The position numbers and the translations under genes are program-made. A DNA stretch of 64,000 bases from Chrysomallon squamiferum (lineage: Eukaryota; Animalia; Mollusca), in contig CM022676.1 of NCBI GenBank assembly GCA_012295275.1, positions 11,470,001 through 11,534,000 on the forward strand. The letters are read 5' to 3'. The notes beneath the pieces were generated by a model. That model had not been told where the DNA came from, searched no databases, and saw nothing but the letters and a program-made list of their open reading frames with translations. Positions 51,712 to 64,000 of the stretch are shown piece after piece. Each line of letters begins with the position of its first letter. Position 1 is the stretch's first letter.

Positions 51712-54700
51712 ACTGTTACCATAGCAACCCGCTTGCACAGACACACGACAAGCAGAATTTGGTCAAATTCGTCCATCTTTTTTTCTTTCTTTTTTTTCCT
51801 CTCACATGTTGAGTAACAGGCCAAATCATTTGTAAATACGTAATAAGATTCCATTCTCAGTATTTTTGGAACAGTAACTTTTTTTTTTATTAATGGAATT
51901 GTTTCTATTAGAGGTCGTAACTGGCCAAAGAATGTTTAAAACAAAAGGTTAAAAATCTCTGGCGGAAGTCAGTAGTGGTTGCTATGATATGGTTGAGGCA
52001 AATTGGTTGCTTGTTGTTTTTGTATCTGGTGATACAGAGAACATTTTCACTGGAATAATTTTAGGATTTTCTTTTTACGGGTGGGAGAACGGTGAACCTA
52101 AAACCAATAAAAAGCACAAAAAGTTGTCTAAATCGTGGGAAGGGAACTGATTAGATGATTTACAATTTTCCTGTTTCAAATAGTTGTTAACAGCCTCACT
52201 TTTATTTTGGTCAACTTTTTGAAACTATTTTCTTGTACTGAAAGGTGTTTTAGCAGAGCTGAATTGCTCTGCCGTCATTTCTCTTGTTGATCCATGTTGT
52301 TTTTTGTTGATGAAGGATCAGTTTCTAAATGAGCCAAGCAGCATTAGCACATTATTATGTCCAGTTTCCTTTAAAAATCAATTTATTAACATCTGCTGTT
52401 AACGATGGGGAGGGAGGGAGGGAGAGGACAGGGCAGGGTTGAAAAATAAAAAAATAGAAATTGTAAAATACTTTACTTTTTACCATTTCTTTGTTTGGAC
52501 TATTTATTACTGTACAGACACAGATAATTTATTTGGTTTTGAAGATTGGTAAAATTGTCAGACGGTCTGACCCCACCACTGGTTTCTTTCAGTTGTCCAT
52601 TTTCTTTAAATACTCTAAAATTGAAGTTAAATTATTTATTTTATTATTTTTTCTCATCTCAAAAAGGGTACAAGTTACTCTCATTTACAAAAGTTATTTT
52701 CGTGGTTTGTTAAAATCGGAAGAAAATTTCAGAGATTATTAAATCATTAATGATAATTTGATCGGAATGAGAAGAAAGCTACAGAAGGCTTGTACTTTTT
52801 TCTTTCTTTTTTGACAAATCAGTAAATTAACAAATACACAAAACACAACATTGTAAAACTTGCTATGAAGATGTATATAGAATTATTTTGTGTAAAAGTT
52901 AGAAAGTTCTGTAATCCACACCACGTCCTCATTGTGTAATTACATCTCGATTTTGTTTATAAAATAACCAAGTGTGAAGATTAACATCTTTGTTCCTTAC
53001 TAGACTAAACTGTTTTGAATACTGCTAAATAAATTTAAAACAAAAAGAAAAATGTTGAAACAAGTCCAGAAAGAGAAAGTCAGTAATTGTTTTTTTTTGT
53101 ATGTTGGTTACGTGATTTGGTAAAGTTTTCAGAAGACAGTCATTTTCATTTTGAAAACAAAACTCATCTCAGCCATATCAAGATTTCCACATACACAACA
53201 AAGTGAAATAAGTAAGACTTGATAATGAAAACTGGTTAGATACAAATGTGATCTCATTGAAGAGATTATAAATCAGTTTCAGTGGAAAGGTGTGGACTGG
53301 GAGATGTGTAAATGTAGTTGACAAGAAGCCATGTCTTGGTGTGGATTTCAGAACTCGATTCATTCTGTAAATTATATTTTTGTACAAAAGTTCACGTTTC
53401 ATGGGACTTCCATTGGCCTTGGTGTGTGTGACCCGTGACACAGTTTTGATCTGATGATGATGTAGCAGTTGTTACTGGCAAGTTTGGCAGTGTCATTTTG
53501 AATAGACGTAAATGTAAAAATTATGGTATATATTTTAAAAACAAAAACAAAATGTTGCATCTAAAAGTGAAGATTGTTTCATTAAAAAAAAAAAACAGAT
53601 TTGCAAACCATGGTTAGAAGCAGAACAACGGTTGTTAACAGATAATTGCAAACCAGGGCTAGATGATTGTTGTTAACAGAATTTAAAAAATAAGGTTAGA
53701 AATATAAAGATTGTTATTAAGTTACTTACAACCAATGGTTAGAAGTATAAAGATGGTTGTTAAGATATTTACAAACAGGTGTTAGAAATACAAGTGTTAA
53801 AAGTTTCTAGGTGTGACTGGGAGAGGCTATCGGCACACACCGAGTCCTGCCATAAACTTGTAAATACATCATTAATTCTTGCTCATCCAACATATCACTT
53901 GTATTGACATTAACCTTTGTGTGTCAAGGTTAACCCCCTTTTGAGGCAGGGAGCCTCCAGAGGGCAGCAACTCTTTCTCCAAGCTTAGCTGTATTGTGTA
54001 TTGGTTACATGCAGACATTCAATACTGGCGCAGATTGGAAAGTCCGTTTCTCATAAAAAGCAGATTCTGTGGGATTATGTTTTCAGTTGTTTTTTTTTTT
54101 TTTTCTGAAGATGCATGTGTGGTGCAAGCCCAGCCTTGTAACAAGTTAGTTCTGCTGAATTCCTGTAGAGGTGTGAAGTTGTGCAGAATTGCACTGGAGA
54201 ATACTGGTTTTCACTGGACAGCTACCAGACACAAGACACTTAACTGTTTCTGAAGTTCTGCTGAGTTTTTGTGACAACTGAGAAAATTTCTGTTGCAAAC
54301 GACTGCAGTTCTGATACAAGAGGAAGCCTGCAGAGGACAATTGGTGGAGAAAGATAAAATGTGTTTGTCAGAATCACCAGGGCCATATTGTAGAGACTGA
54401 CAATTCAAGAGCAGAATTACCTAGGTCTGAAGATGAGACAAAGACAGAGTTACAGTGAGGATTAAAAGTAATTACACAGTGATGTTGACTTTCTGATTGT
54501 GAACTGAAATAGTCCAGTGAGTAATAAGAAGTGATTAATGGCAGTTTGATAAACTATTGTGCTCATTTTCCATCCAGTTAGCCCAGTGTTCTAAATGAGT
54601 GACTAGTAGCATGTTTGCCTAACAGGACTGGAATTCATGTTGAGGCTCAGAACCAAACATAAGAAAACAAACAACAAAAAAAAAAAAAACCTGCCCATGA

Positions 54701-54912
54701 TGCATCTTCCAAACCAGGAGGAAAATGGACCTCTGACTGTTCAATGTTTGGAGATCTGCATAGCGGCTGAGCAGAACTCTTCAAAAATTTATAAAACAAA
54801 CTAGGACAAAAAAATGTAGTCACCTCATGCATGCATGTGTGTATGTGTGTTTGCATGACACATTAAGTGTGTGGTCACAGGCTTTATTGTTCAAGAAAGA
54901 GAAATGCGTGCA

Positions 54913-54949
<37 letters not shown>

Positions 54950-57139
54950 ATATGTTTGTGTAAGAGACTGAGAAAAATTGTGAAGGTTGCATGATTTGAA
55001 ACAAAAAAATTATAATCTACTTTGGTCACAGATCATGTATGAGAGGTGAATTGTCATGTTGAAACAACTCGCACAATCAGGATGTGTGGATGTGTTTTCA
55101 TCAATATGATGTGCTGCAAACAGTACAACCCACTTTTTTTTATTATTTGTTTTTTTGTTCCCAAAATTTGACTTGGGATGGTAATATACAAAATTAAAAT
55201 TAAACCATTGCAATGATTCCATTTGTGATGTCAAAATGTATATTATTATTTTCATGGAAGCAGTTTAAATGTGATGTAGCTTTTCGCTTTAACACTGGAC
55301 CTACATGACAGACATGATAGGCAGGCATGGCATAATTTGATTGAAATATAATTTTTAATTTCATCACTGTTAACGATGAAACAGAAAGTAGATGTATTAT
55401 TCAAATAAAGAAAGAAAAAACAGTTTGAAAAAGCCTGGATAACATTCCATTCAATGTTAATATCAAAGAATTTGTAAGAGAAATAAAACAACAAATGATT
55501 GTACAGCTTTAAGAAGTTTTAGGTCCAGTATTAAAGAGATAGCTGTTTATGTCATGTAACAAATGTGCACACATCGAAAATAATACATCCAAGTACAAGA
55601 TTTGTGCATATTAAAGTATGTTTTTTTTATAAATGAAATTGTATGTGTGACACTGGAGCACTGTGGTTCATTGTTTGTATCCATGGAAACCTGCTGTTAC
55701 TTGTCAAATCAGGTTTAAATGGCAGCTCTTATCAGTCTTTCAAGCTGGAGATATTTCTTATTTGTTTTTAAAACGTTTTTTTTTTTTTGTAACACCATTC
55801 TTTGAAGAGATGCTAAGAAAGCATTAGGTAAAACATAATTTATTACCTGAAGTACACAATTATTATTATTATTATTATTATTACATTATTTTATTATTAC
55901 TACTACTACTATTACTATTGTCTAAATCTTGTTGATCTGAGAAATAGCAGTAGGTTTGTCATGATTTAAATTGTGAATTAGTTTGCTTCAGTTTCACCAA
56001 TTCTGATTAGTCACATTGGAAAAAATGTTTTTTTTATTTGTTATTTTTTTTTTTATATGTTGTGTTGTAACAATCCAGTTCTGTTGGATTGTTCTCCAGG
56101 AACTGACAGCACAGAACATTCCAGCAGAACTGTAACTGTGAGAGGATAGAACAGCCAGTGACTGAGTGTTCTTTCTTTTCACTGCTTTATTTGCTAGTCA
56201 TTTCTTCTTCAGCAACACAGGTTTTTACCACAGACTTCTTCTTTGTACGTAGCTCTCAGCTAGTGTTGAGATAGTGGACCTTCGGTAAAATGTTAGCTTT
56301 TAGTGTATTGACATTAGTTACTATCATTTGGTAAGTTAATCTTGACTTGGTCAGTGGACATTATCATTTGACATTGACACTGGACGTTAGTTGAGCAGAT
56401 TTTGCTGTTTAACATTAGTTAAGTTGATATTGAAAATAAGCAGACATTCATATTTAGCACTGACAGGATTGTCTTAGTATTTTCTGCTTAAAAAAATCAG
56501 TTGAGTATTTTGAATTGAAGTAAGAACCATTTCAAGAGTAGAAATAATAGTATTTTCATTCATAATAAAGGAAACAGGCAGATTGTGTATTTCTATTTGT
56601 AGGCTGACAACACTAAAGTTTTGATAAACAAGACTTTGACACTGATTTTTAGCTTTCACTAAATGGACACTGAAAAATGGCATTTACTCAATGGACATTA
56701 TTTTTAAATAACGGCTAAAAACCTGTGTTGTTTGAAGAAATACAAGGAGCAAATGTGTGAGGCTTAAAGTCCTCTAAATATTTACAAAAACTGAATGTTA
56801 GGTGCACTTCTGTTGACTAGAAATCTTACAAACTTGAAAAATTGGTGTTGAAAGATCAAGATTTATTACAAAGAATTCTTATAAATGTGAGTTTAGAAAC
56901 GAAATGGTGGAAAAAAGCAATCCAGACATACACAAAGAAAATTTATTTGATTCAAGGTCGAGAAATAATTTCTCCTTTTAACGTTTGGAAAATGTGATGA
57001 CCAAGTGAAAAGAAATAAATTGATAAAAAATTGTACAAACGTTTGTGAGATTTCTAGCCAGTCAGTTGATGAATACACTTAAGAATAAACAAAGTTGTCT
57101 GATAACATCGTGATAGGTGTAAACATGTCTGCAGCAGAG

Positions 57140-57245
57140 AGATTTAGACATGTTCTCTATAACAACTCATTTAGACATGTTCTGTATAACGAGTTATTTA
57201 GACACGTTCTGCATAACAAGTTATTTAGACATGTTCTCTACAACA
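57140..57245. repeat. 33-bp tandem repeat x3-4
   Basis: ATTTAGACATGTTCTSTATAAC... repeated. Confidence 0.7.
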
Positions 57246-60200
57246 GAAGCTGGACACAGGTTTAAACATTGTAACACGTGTTTAAACCTGCTTTCCATCA
57301 GATTATCTCCAGTTGTGTTGTTTCTATGGTGATGACATGACACTGAATTTTACGTCAGTGTTTTGTTTTCTGCATGAGACCGACAACTAGGAGGGTGTGT
57401 AATATCAGCTGTATTAACCCTTTGAAGATCTGGGCTTCATAACAACAATGACAGATGAATTCCTGGGACCAAGACCTTGATTATTTTGTCAACCAAGAAA
57501 AAAAAAAATTAATTACAAAATTGAGGCTTGATTAAAAAAATATATATATAATAACTTTTAAAAAAAGAAAAAAAGAAAAAAAATGTGTAATGATTTGTTA
57601 AAGATGAAATTGTTTTGACAGTTCACCTTGTCGAGATAAACAAGTAAATAACTTCTATGAAACCAAGCAACCAATATCTGGCTGGAAAATTGTTAAAAAT
57701 GAATATTTATCCAACACTCGACAGGTCTAAAATTTAGCAATAATTTTATTTATTTATTTTGATTTGTCTAATTTACCTGTCTATTGTGGTCTCTGCACTA
57801 AGATGATGATGTTTGTTAGTTGTTGAAAAGTACATACCCCAAGATTTCCACCAGATAGATAAAATTTGTTAAAACCCGAGAAGTGGGCAGTTGCATCTAC
57901 ATTAAAAGGGGTACTGTATTAGTGAGTGTCCAAAAGATGGCACTGGATGCATTAGACAGGTAGATGCATGTATGAGGATATGATAAACAGTCCACATACA
58001 TGTTGAAATTTGAAAACAAACCAAGAAAAAAAATCTGTGTGGAATGTACATTTTGTGGTATTGAATGCACTCAAAATTGTTTACCAATTAAACACTAAAT
58101 AAAACGAAATATTTATTTTAAGGAAACAAAATCTGAAATTAAAATAAAAATCAGTTTGCCAAATTTGCAGTAGAAACAGTTTGAGCTTTGCCTTTGTTAA
58201 AAACAATTCAACTCCAGTCTCTGAGTGCACTCTTACTGCAAAATTGCTTCAACCACAACAGAGAAGAAAACTACTTGCTAGAAAAAAATTAATTTGACCA
58301 GCTTTGTCCAGTTTGTTTTTATTGTAACAAATAGAAAGAACAAAGTGTAAGAACTCAAGTGCAAAGTGGAGCAAATTGATTCTGAACTGAGAGAGAGAAA
58401 AAGTACTGGAGATGGTCAGATTTACGTTTTGTTTTGTGATGTAGTGAGACTATAAACTATCAGAACTGCAGATACTGTAACATGCAGGACTTGGTTATCA
58501 CAGAAACCAGTAGATCAACTATTTTGTAATAAATAAATAAAAATAGTAAAAGAAAGAAAATGAGATAAAAAAAAAAGGAAAAATGTCTGCCTGGGAAGGA
58601 AACGAAAAAAAAAAAGACAAAATTCCAATAATTTTAAATGAAATAAAAATTTATAGAATATTACTTCAAAAAACCAACAGCAAATCTGACCATTCTCAAG
58701 TACAAGAAAACTGATGTTATTTTTCGTTTTCGGAATGTTTAAAAATGTATAAACTGAACAGTATCAACATACTGGATTATTTATGTCTTGCCTTCCAACA
58801 CTTCTTTTTTTTTTTTTTTTTTTTTTTTTTTTCTCTTTCTTTTCTTTTTCTTTTTAAATCTATTTTATTGTAAGAAAAAGAAACTACTGATCATGTTTAA
58901 AGAAATGAAAAATGTTCTTTATCAGTATTAGTTTAGGTCAATGAGAGAGGTGGGGATGGGCAGATGAAAATTTAGTGCCTTAAAGGAAGACTGGACATAA
59001 ATAAATAAAAAGGAATAAATTTGTTTCTAGCAAGAACAAGTGTTGTTTGTTTTTCTTTATCATCGTTAAGGTTATTTTGTTAGAAACATTTTTAAATTTA
59101 TTTTTTATTGTCTTTTGAATTATTTAGCAGAACATTTTCACATCGGAAAGGTGCGGTTCAGTTATTTTTATTGCAGCAAATGTTAGCAGAATTCGTGATG
59201 AATGTATTGTGATATTATTGCAAAAGTTACATTACTGCTGCTGGAATGATTTCAAATACACTAAATTTACAACTGGTGTTTGTTTCCAGTGCTAGGAACT
59301 GGCACCTGTGTGGACTAAAGTTCCTGAATCAGTTGAAAATTGCATTCTTTTCTCAACTTGTCACAGTTTAAACTACTATTCAAAAGAGCATGCACTGTAT
59401 ACCATAAACAACCACATTTCCAGTGTACACTTTGGTTCTGGTGAAAGTACGAACTTTTACTTATTTTTTGAAGAATCTTGCCATTTCACAGATTCAGCAT
59501 GCTGTGTTTTTCTGTTGTTTTGTTTTGGCAAAAGTGACTTTTTTGTTACTTTTTGAAGAATCATTTCACACACTCAGTAAAGTATGCTGTAGTTTTGTTT
59601 GTTATTTTGCAATTTCCCCATTCGCACAAGAAGACTGATTGTAGTCTCATTTAAAAAGAGTTTATTTCCCATCAAAATGTTTCCTTTTTAAATGGAACTT
59701 AAAAAGAAAGAAAAAAATATAAAAAACAAAATTTGAACTGGAAATTATCTTTTAACCAAAAAAAAATAATAATTAAAATATATTTTTAGAAAAAAGCAAT
59801 TTCTGCACTTTGTATCAGATTCTGAGTTTAATCTGATAGAATCACAAGGAAATTGTGAGGCATGTTAAAAGACATTGATCTAAATTCTCACTAAGCAAGC
59901 AAGGCATTTTTATATCGACTGTTTGGTCTGGGATATAAGCAATGTTCATACAAAATCAACTTGAAATCAAGTCATGTCTAAATTAGCACTGTCTTTGCAG
60001 CAAGTTTTTCAGAAGTTCAAACTGACCAATCACTGTTAATTGTAAGCTTCATGATTCTTTGAACAGACAGGTAGTATTTAAAACATTTCTCAATAAAAAT
60101 TAACTTGCAGTTTTGGTTTTTGAAAAATGATGAAAATTTATGATACTTTAAAATTTAAACTTGTTACTTCTCTGCAGACACATTGTAATGAGCCAGTTTT

Positions 60201-60407
60201 TCACTTTGTGTGGAATTCTGCAGCCTGTGGGTCACTTGAATACTGAGGTAAATGTGGAGAATGTTTCAGGACGGTGAACAACTGATTAAATGGAAACTGC
60301 AGCAGCAGTGGTTAATTGCAGTTGAAATGCTAACTTGCCCATTGTGGTATTACTGTCCCTACAACATCAAAACCGTAACAGTGTGTAATTTTGTGTCTGC
60401 TATTTAG

Positions 60408-60570
60408 TTGTCACTAAAACTACACAAGTCAAATTGTGTGGTATACAGCTATTGTCAGATACAGAGAAAGTAAAATATACTGATGTCACTAAAACTACAC
60501 AAGTCAAATTGTGTGGTATACAGGTATTGTCAGATACAGAATAAGTAAAATATACTGATGTCACTAAAAG
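60408..60570. repeat. ~78-bp tandem duplication
   Basis: TGTCACTAAAACTACACAAGTCAAATTGTGTGGTATACAG...GTAAAATATACTGA x2. Confidence 0.8.
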
Positions 60571-61515
60571 TACAGGGTGAGTCAAAATGCTGAATGGTTG
60601 TCACAAAAGATGTGTGATGTTAAATTGTTACTGCTATGTGTCTATTAGTGAAAGTACTCGGATACATTAAAACACTTGCATGTTCAAATTATAACTTTTC
60701 AATAGTAATTTAATAACTGAGTTAAGGAAAATACTGACACACTGAAAAGTCAGGTGTATTTTTATGTCTGCATCCTGTTGTCATCACTTCAAGGACTACA
60801 GCAGAAATGACTTCATTTTCTACTTTGAGCGGACTCCTCTTCAAGAAAATGGAGCACTGGGTGGAACAGAAAAAGTAGAGACAATCAGATGAGTATTAAA
60901 CTACAACCTTTCAGAAACAAACTTATGATAAAATGTTTTAAGAACAAAAGTTTTTTTTTTTTACTTAAATAATTTACTTTTCTTTTATAAACATTTAAAT
61001 TTTTAACAAATATAAGTTCAGTGATACATAAAATAAGCTTAGTGTTACAAATGTTTGTTTGGCACTCTGTGGCATGTTTAGAAGACATCTGAACAAGTTG
61101 TAACATTGGTACTCTGCACTCGCACACACACACAATTTGAATACCTTACTGCATGTAAACCTCTGCATATAAATAAACAAGAAAATTAACATCTTAATTC
61201 TTGTTTGTTTGAAATCCTATAATTCGTGAGATAACACACACATACACACACACACACACTCACACACACACACTAACAGTATCTCATAAAAATATTATTT
61301 TAACAATACGCACACAGTAAATAGAAACTAGTGAAATAATGCTTTGTATGACATCTCTCACTGTTAACACACACAGCTGCTACTTCACCTCCATGTTCTT
61401 GATGACATCACAATGGCTGTTTGAAGGCATAAAAACTTGGCTTTGAATGTCATATTTTATGTTGTTCTTTGTTAAATAAATAACTTGGAAGGATAAAGAA
61501 ATGTACCACATCAGT

Positions 61516-64000
61516 TTATTTCACTGTGTTGTCAGAATGTTTTGTCAGGGTGTGTTTCCTAAGTCCACTTTTTCCACAAAATGCTTTACTACAGAGGTGA
61601 CAGTTGAATGGCTTCAAGCCAGTGTGTGTTCTTGAATGAACCTCGAAGTCTGCTCTCCTCCTGAAACGCTTGCCACAGACACCACAGCTGTAACTGCCAG
61701 CAACTGCGTGCACGTCACACTGATGTTGGTACAGCTGTTTGTAATCGTCAAAGTGCAAGTCACACTGCTGACAGTCAGCGATGCTGAGTGGAGTGTTTTT
61801 CTGGAGGTTGGTGTGAAGTGGCTGGTCACGCTGTGAAGTGTGCCGACGTTGATGACGTCTCAGACTGTGACGTCTGATGAAAGACCTGTGACACTGGGAA
61901 CAAGAAAACTGTTTTACGTTGTTGTGTGTGAACACGTGTTCCTTCAACCGGTAATCCTCTGTGAAACTCTGGTCGCACTCTCTACACTGGATCAATGTCA
62001 GGGTCGAATGCCTCGCTTTCACATGTTCCTCTAGCTTGTCTGACGTGAAGAATGTTCTAGAGCAGGAGGGACAGCTGTACGTCACGTGACCGGCGTGAGT
62101 CTTCCTGTGAGCGCGCAGGTTGCTGCTCACACTGAAGTGGCGGCCGCACACGGGACACGTGTAGGGTTTCTCTCCGGTGTGAGTTCTCCGGTGAACGGTC
62201 AGCTTGCTGCACTTGGAGAAGCGCTTCGGACAGTGCGGACACGTGAAGGTCTCTCGCCCGTGTGTTGACGTCTGTGCACGCTGAGGTCCCCCGCGAAGTT
62301 GAACGCCGCCCCACACACGTCACACACGTGTGATTTACGCTGCGTGTGGACCAGCACGTGCTTGCCCAGTCTGCCCGCGTCGGTGAAGGTTTTCTCACAC
62401 ACCGGACACTGGTGGGTTTCCTCTCTGGTGTGTGCTCTAACATGTCTGTTTCGAACCCCGGAATCGGTGAACCGTTTGTCGCAGAAGGGACAGACGTACG
62501 GCTTTTCGTGAAAATGACTTCGTCTGTGCACTTTGAGGTGACACGTCTGTCTGAACGTCCTGCCACACACGTCACAGACGTGTTTAACGTCACGAGTTTT
62601 CTCACCACGCTCGTCTCCATGGCGATTCTTCACGTGTTTTCTGAGACCACCGCGAGTACAGAAGCGCTGACGACACACAGGACAGGAGTTAGGTTTCTGA
62701 CCTGTGTGAGTGTTCACGTGTTCCTTCAGCTGAACAAACTTTGTGAACGATTTCTCACAAATTTCACACTGATGTCTTCTCAAGCATTCTTTACTTTCTG
62801 GACACTCGCTCTGAACAGGTTTTGGTTCTGGCTCATCCTGATGTGACTTTTCGTTACAAACAGACTGGTCTAACTGTAAGATTTTGTCAGATGACAAAGG
62901 TTTGTTGTGATCTGGTTGATGATAAATCTGGCTGTCTTCCACTGGTTTCTTGCACTGTTCAGTCTCCTGACTGCAAACACTGCGCTTCTCTTCACAGCTT
63001 TTCTCACAGGTTTTACTCATGAATGGTGATGCTGTAGCTGTGTCTGACATTTTCTTTTTCTCGATGTTGTCTGAGTGGATGTGGAGGTGAGCTCTCAGGT
63101 TGCTGGACACTGCGAATGTTTTGAGACAAACCGAACACGAGAACGGTTTCTCTCCAGTGTGAACGCGATAGTGAACTTTGAGCTTGCTTGATTTGCTGAA
63201 ACCTTTCCCACACCTGTCACACACGTACGGACGTACACCAGTGTGTGAGCGCATGTGAACCTGCAGCTGGCTGGAATGGGAAAAGCTCTTGCCACACACA
63301 GAACAGCGATGAGGTTTCTCCTTTGTGTGGGTTCTTGTGTGACATTTGAGAGAGTAGGAATCAAGAAATGACTTGTGACATGTGACACACGTGTGTCTGC
63401 GTGTGTCTGTGTGTACTCTGGTGTGACGTCTCAGAGACGAGACATCTCTGTAACATTTGAGACACTGACGACACTGATACTGTCTGTCCGCATGTCCGTC
63501 ACAATTCACAGAATTTTCTAATTGACTGTCAGTATTCATAGAGTTATTCCTAGAATTTTCTAAACACTGGTCACTATTCATAGAGTTATTCATAGAAACT
63601 TGTGAACTTTGGTCAGTATTTGTAGAATTATTCCCAGAACTTTCTAAACTGTGGTCAATATTTACAGAATTATTTCTAGATTTTTCCAAACAATGGTCAG
63701 AACTGTTCACAGAATGATCTAGATGATAGTCACGCTTTTTAGAATTATTCCTGGAACTTTCTGGTGGGTGGCAAACATTTTTCACACGATTAGAATCGTT
63801 TACCTGACGTCTGCTGTCTGTCAGGTTAGAGTCACAAACAGAAAACTTGTTTGAAATTTTACTCTCGTCTCTTTTCTCTTTGATTATAATTTCTTTCACT
63901 TTCTCACAGTTTACAGTTTTAGTTGGATCTTTCTCACAGTTGATAGTTTTCCTTGGATTTTTCTCAAAGTTTATAGTTTTAGTTGGATCTTTCTCATAGT
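61516..64000 (-). CDS. Multi-C2H2 (Kruppel-type) zinc-finger protein, large terminal exon, 5' end beyond the window; one apparent frameshift at ~62246-62250
   Basis: ORFs 62199..63899 and 61516..62316 carry roughly 19-20 CxxC-x12-HxxxH fingers with TGEKP-type linkers. The two frames join at HTGERP/FTCPHC with one base missing. Confidence 0.9.

Noticed and set aside
61614-63388. Overlapping alternative-frame and antisense ORFs in the zinc-finger exon
   Set aside because: By-products of the GC-richer repetitive finger coding sequence; no independent domain content.

Overview
AT-rich, intron-rich eukaryotic (metazoan) genomic DNA; an invertebrate, plausibly a mollusc or other lophotrochozoan (inference only). 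It holds six protein-coding loci. (1) The last 3 exons of a DYRK1A/minibrain kinase (+). (2) A complete 9-exon fibrillarin (-). (3) A GH35 beta-galactosidase-1-like gene (+) with several exons garbled or duplicated inside repeats. (4) An uncharacterised ~225-aa coiled-coil gene (-). (5) A complete DDX6/Me31B DEAD-box helicase (+). (6) The 3' part of a C2H2 zinc-finger gene (-) with a 1-nt frameshift. Two non-obvious signals stand out. First, six box C/D snoRNA paralogues of the U38/SNORD38 (snR61) type lie in DDX6 introns, three of them in a single intron. Second, tandem repeats are seeded exactly on exon-intron junctions in five of the genes, so splice donors and acceptors are reiterated as arrays; the extreme case is a ~3.3-kb array of the fibrillarin exon-8 end plus donor. 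Most short ORFs in the supplied track are microsatellite or low-complexity artefacts. All coordinates were read by eye.
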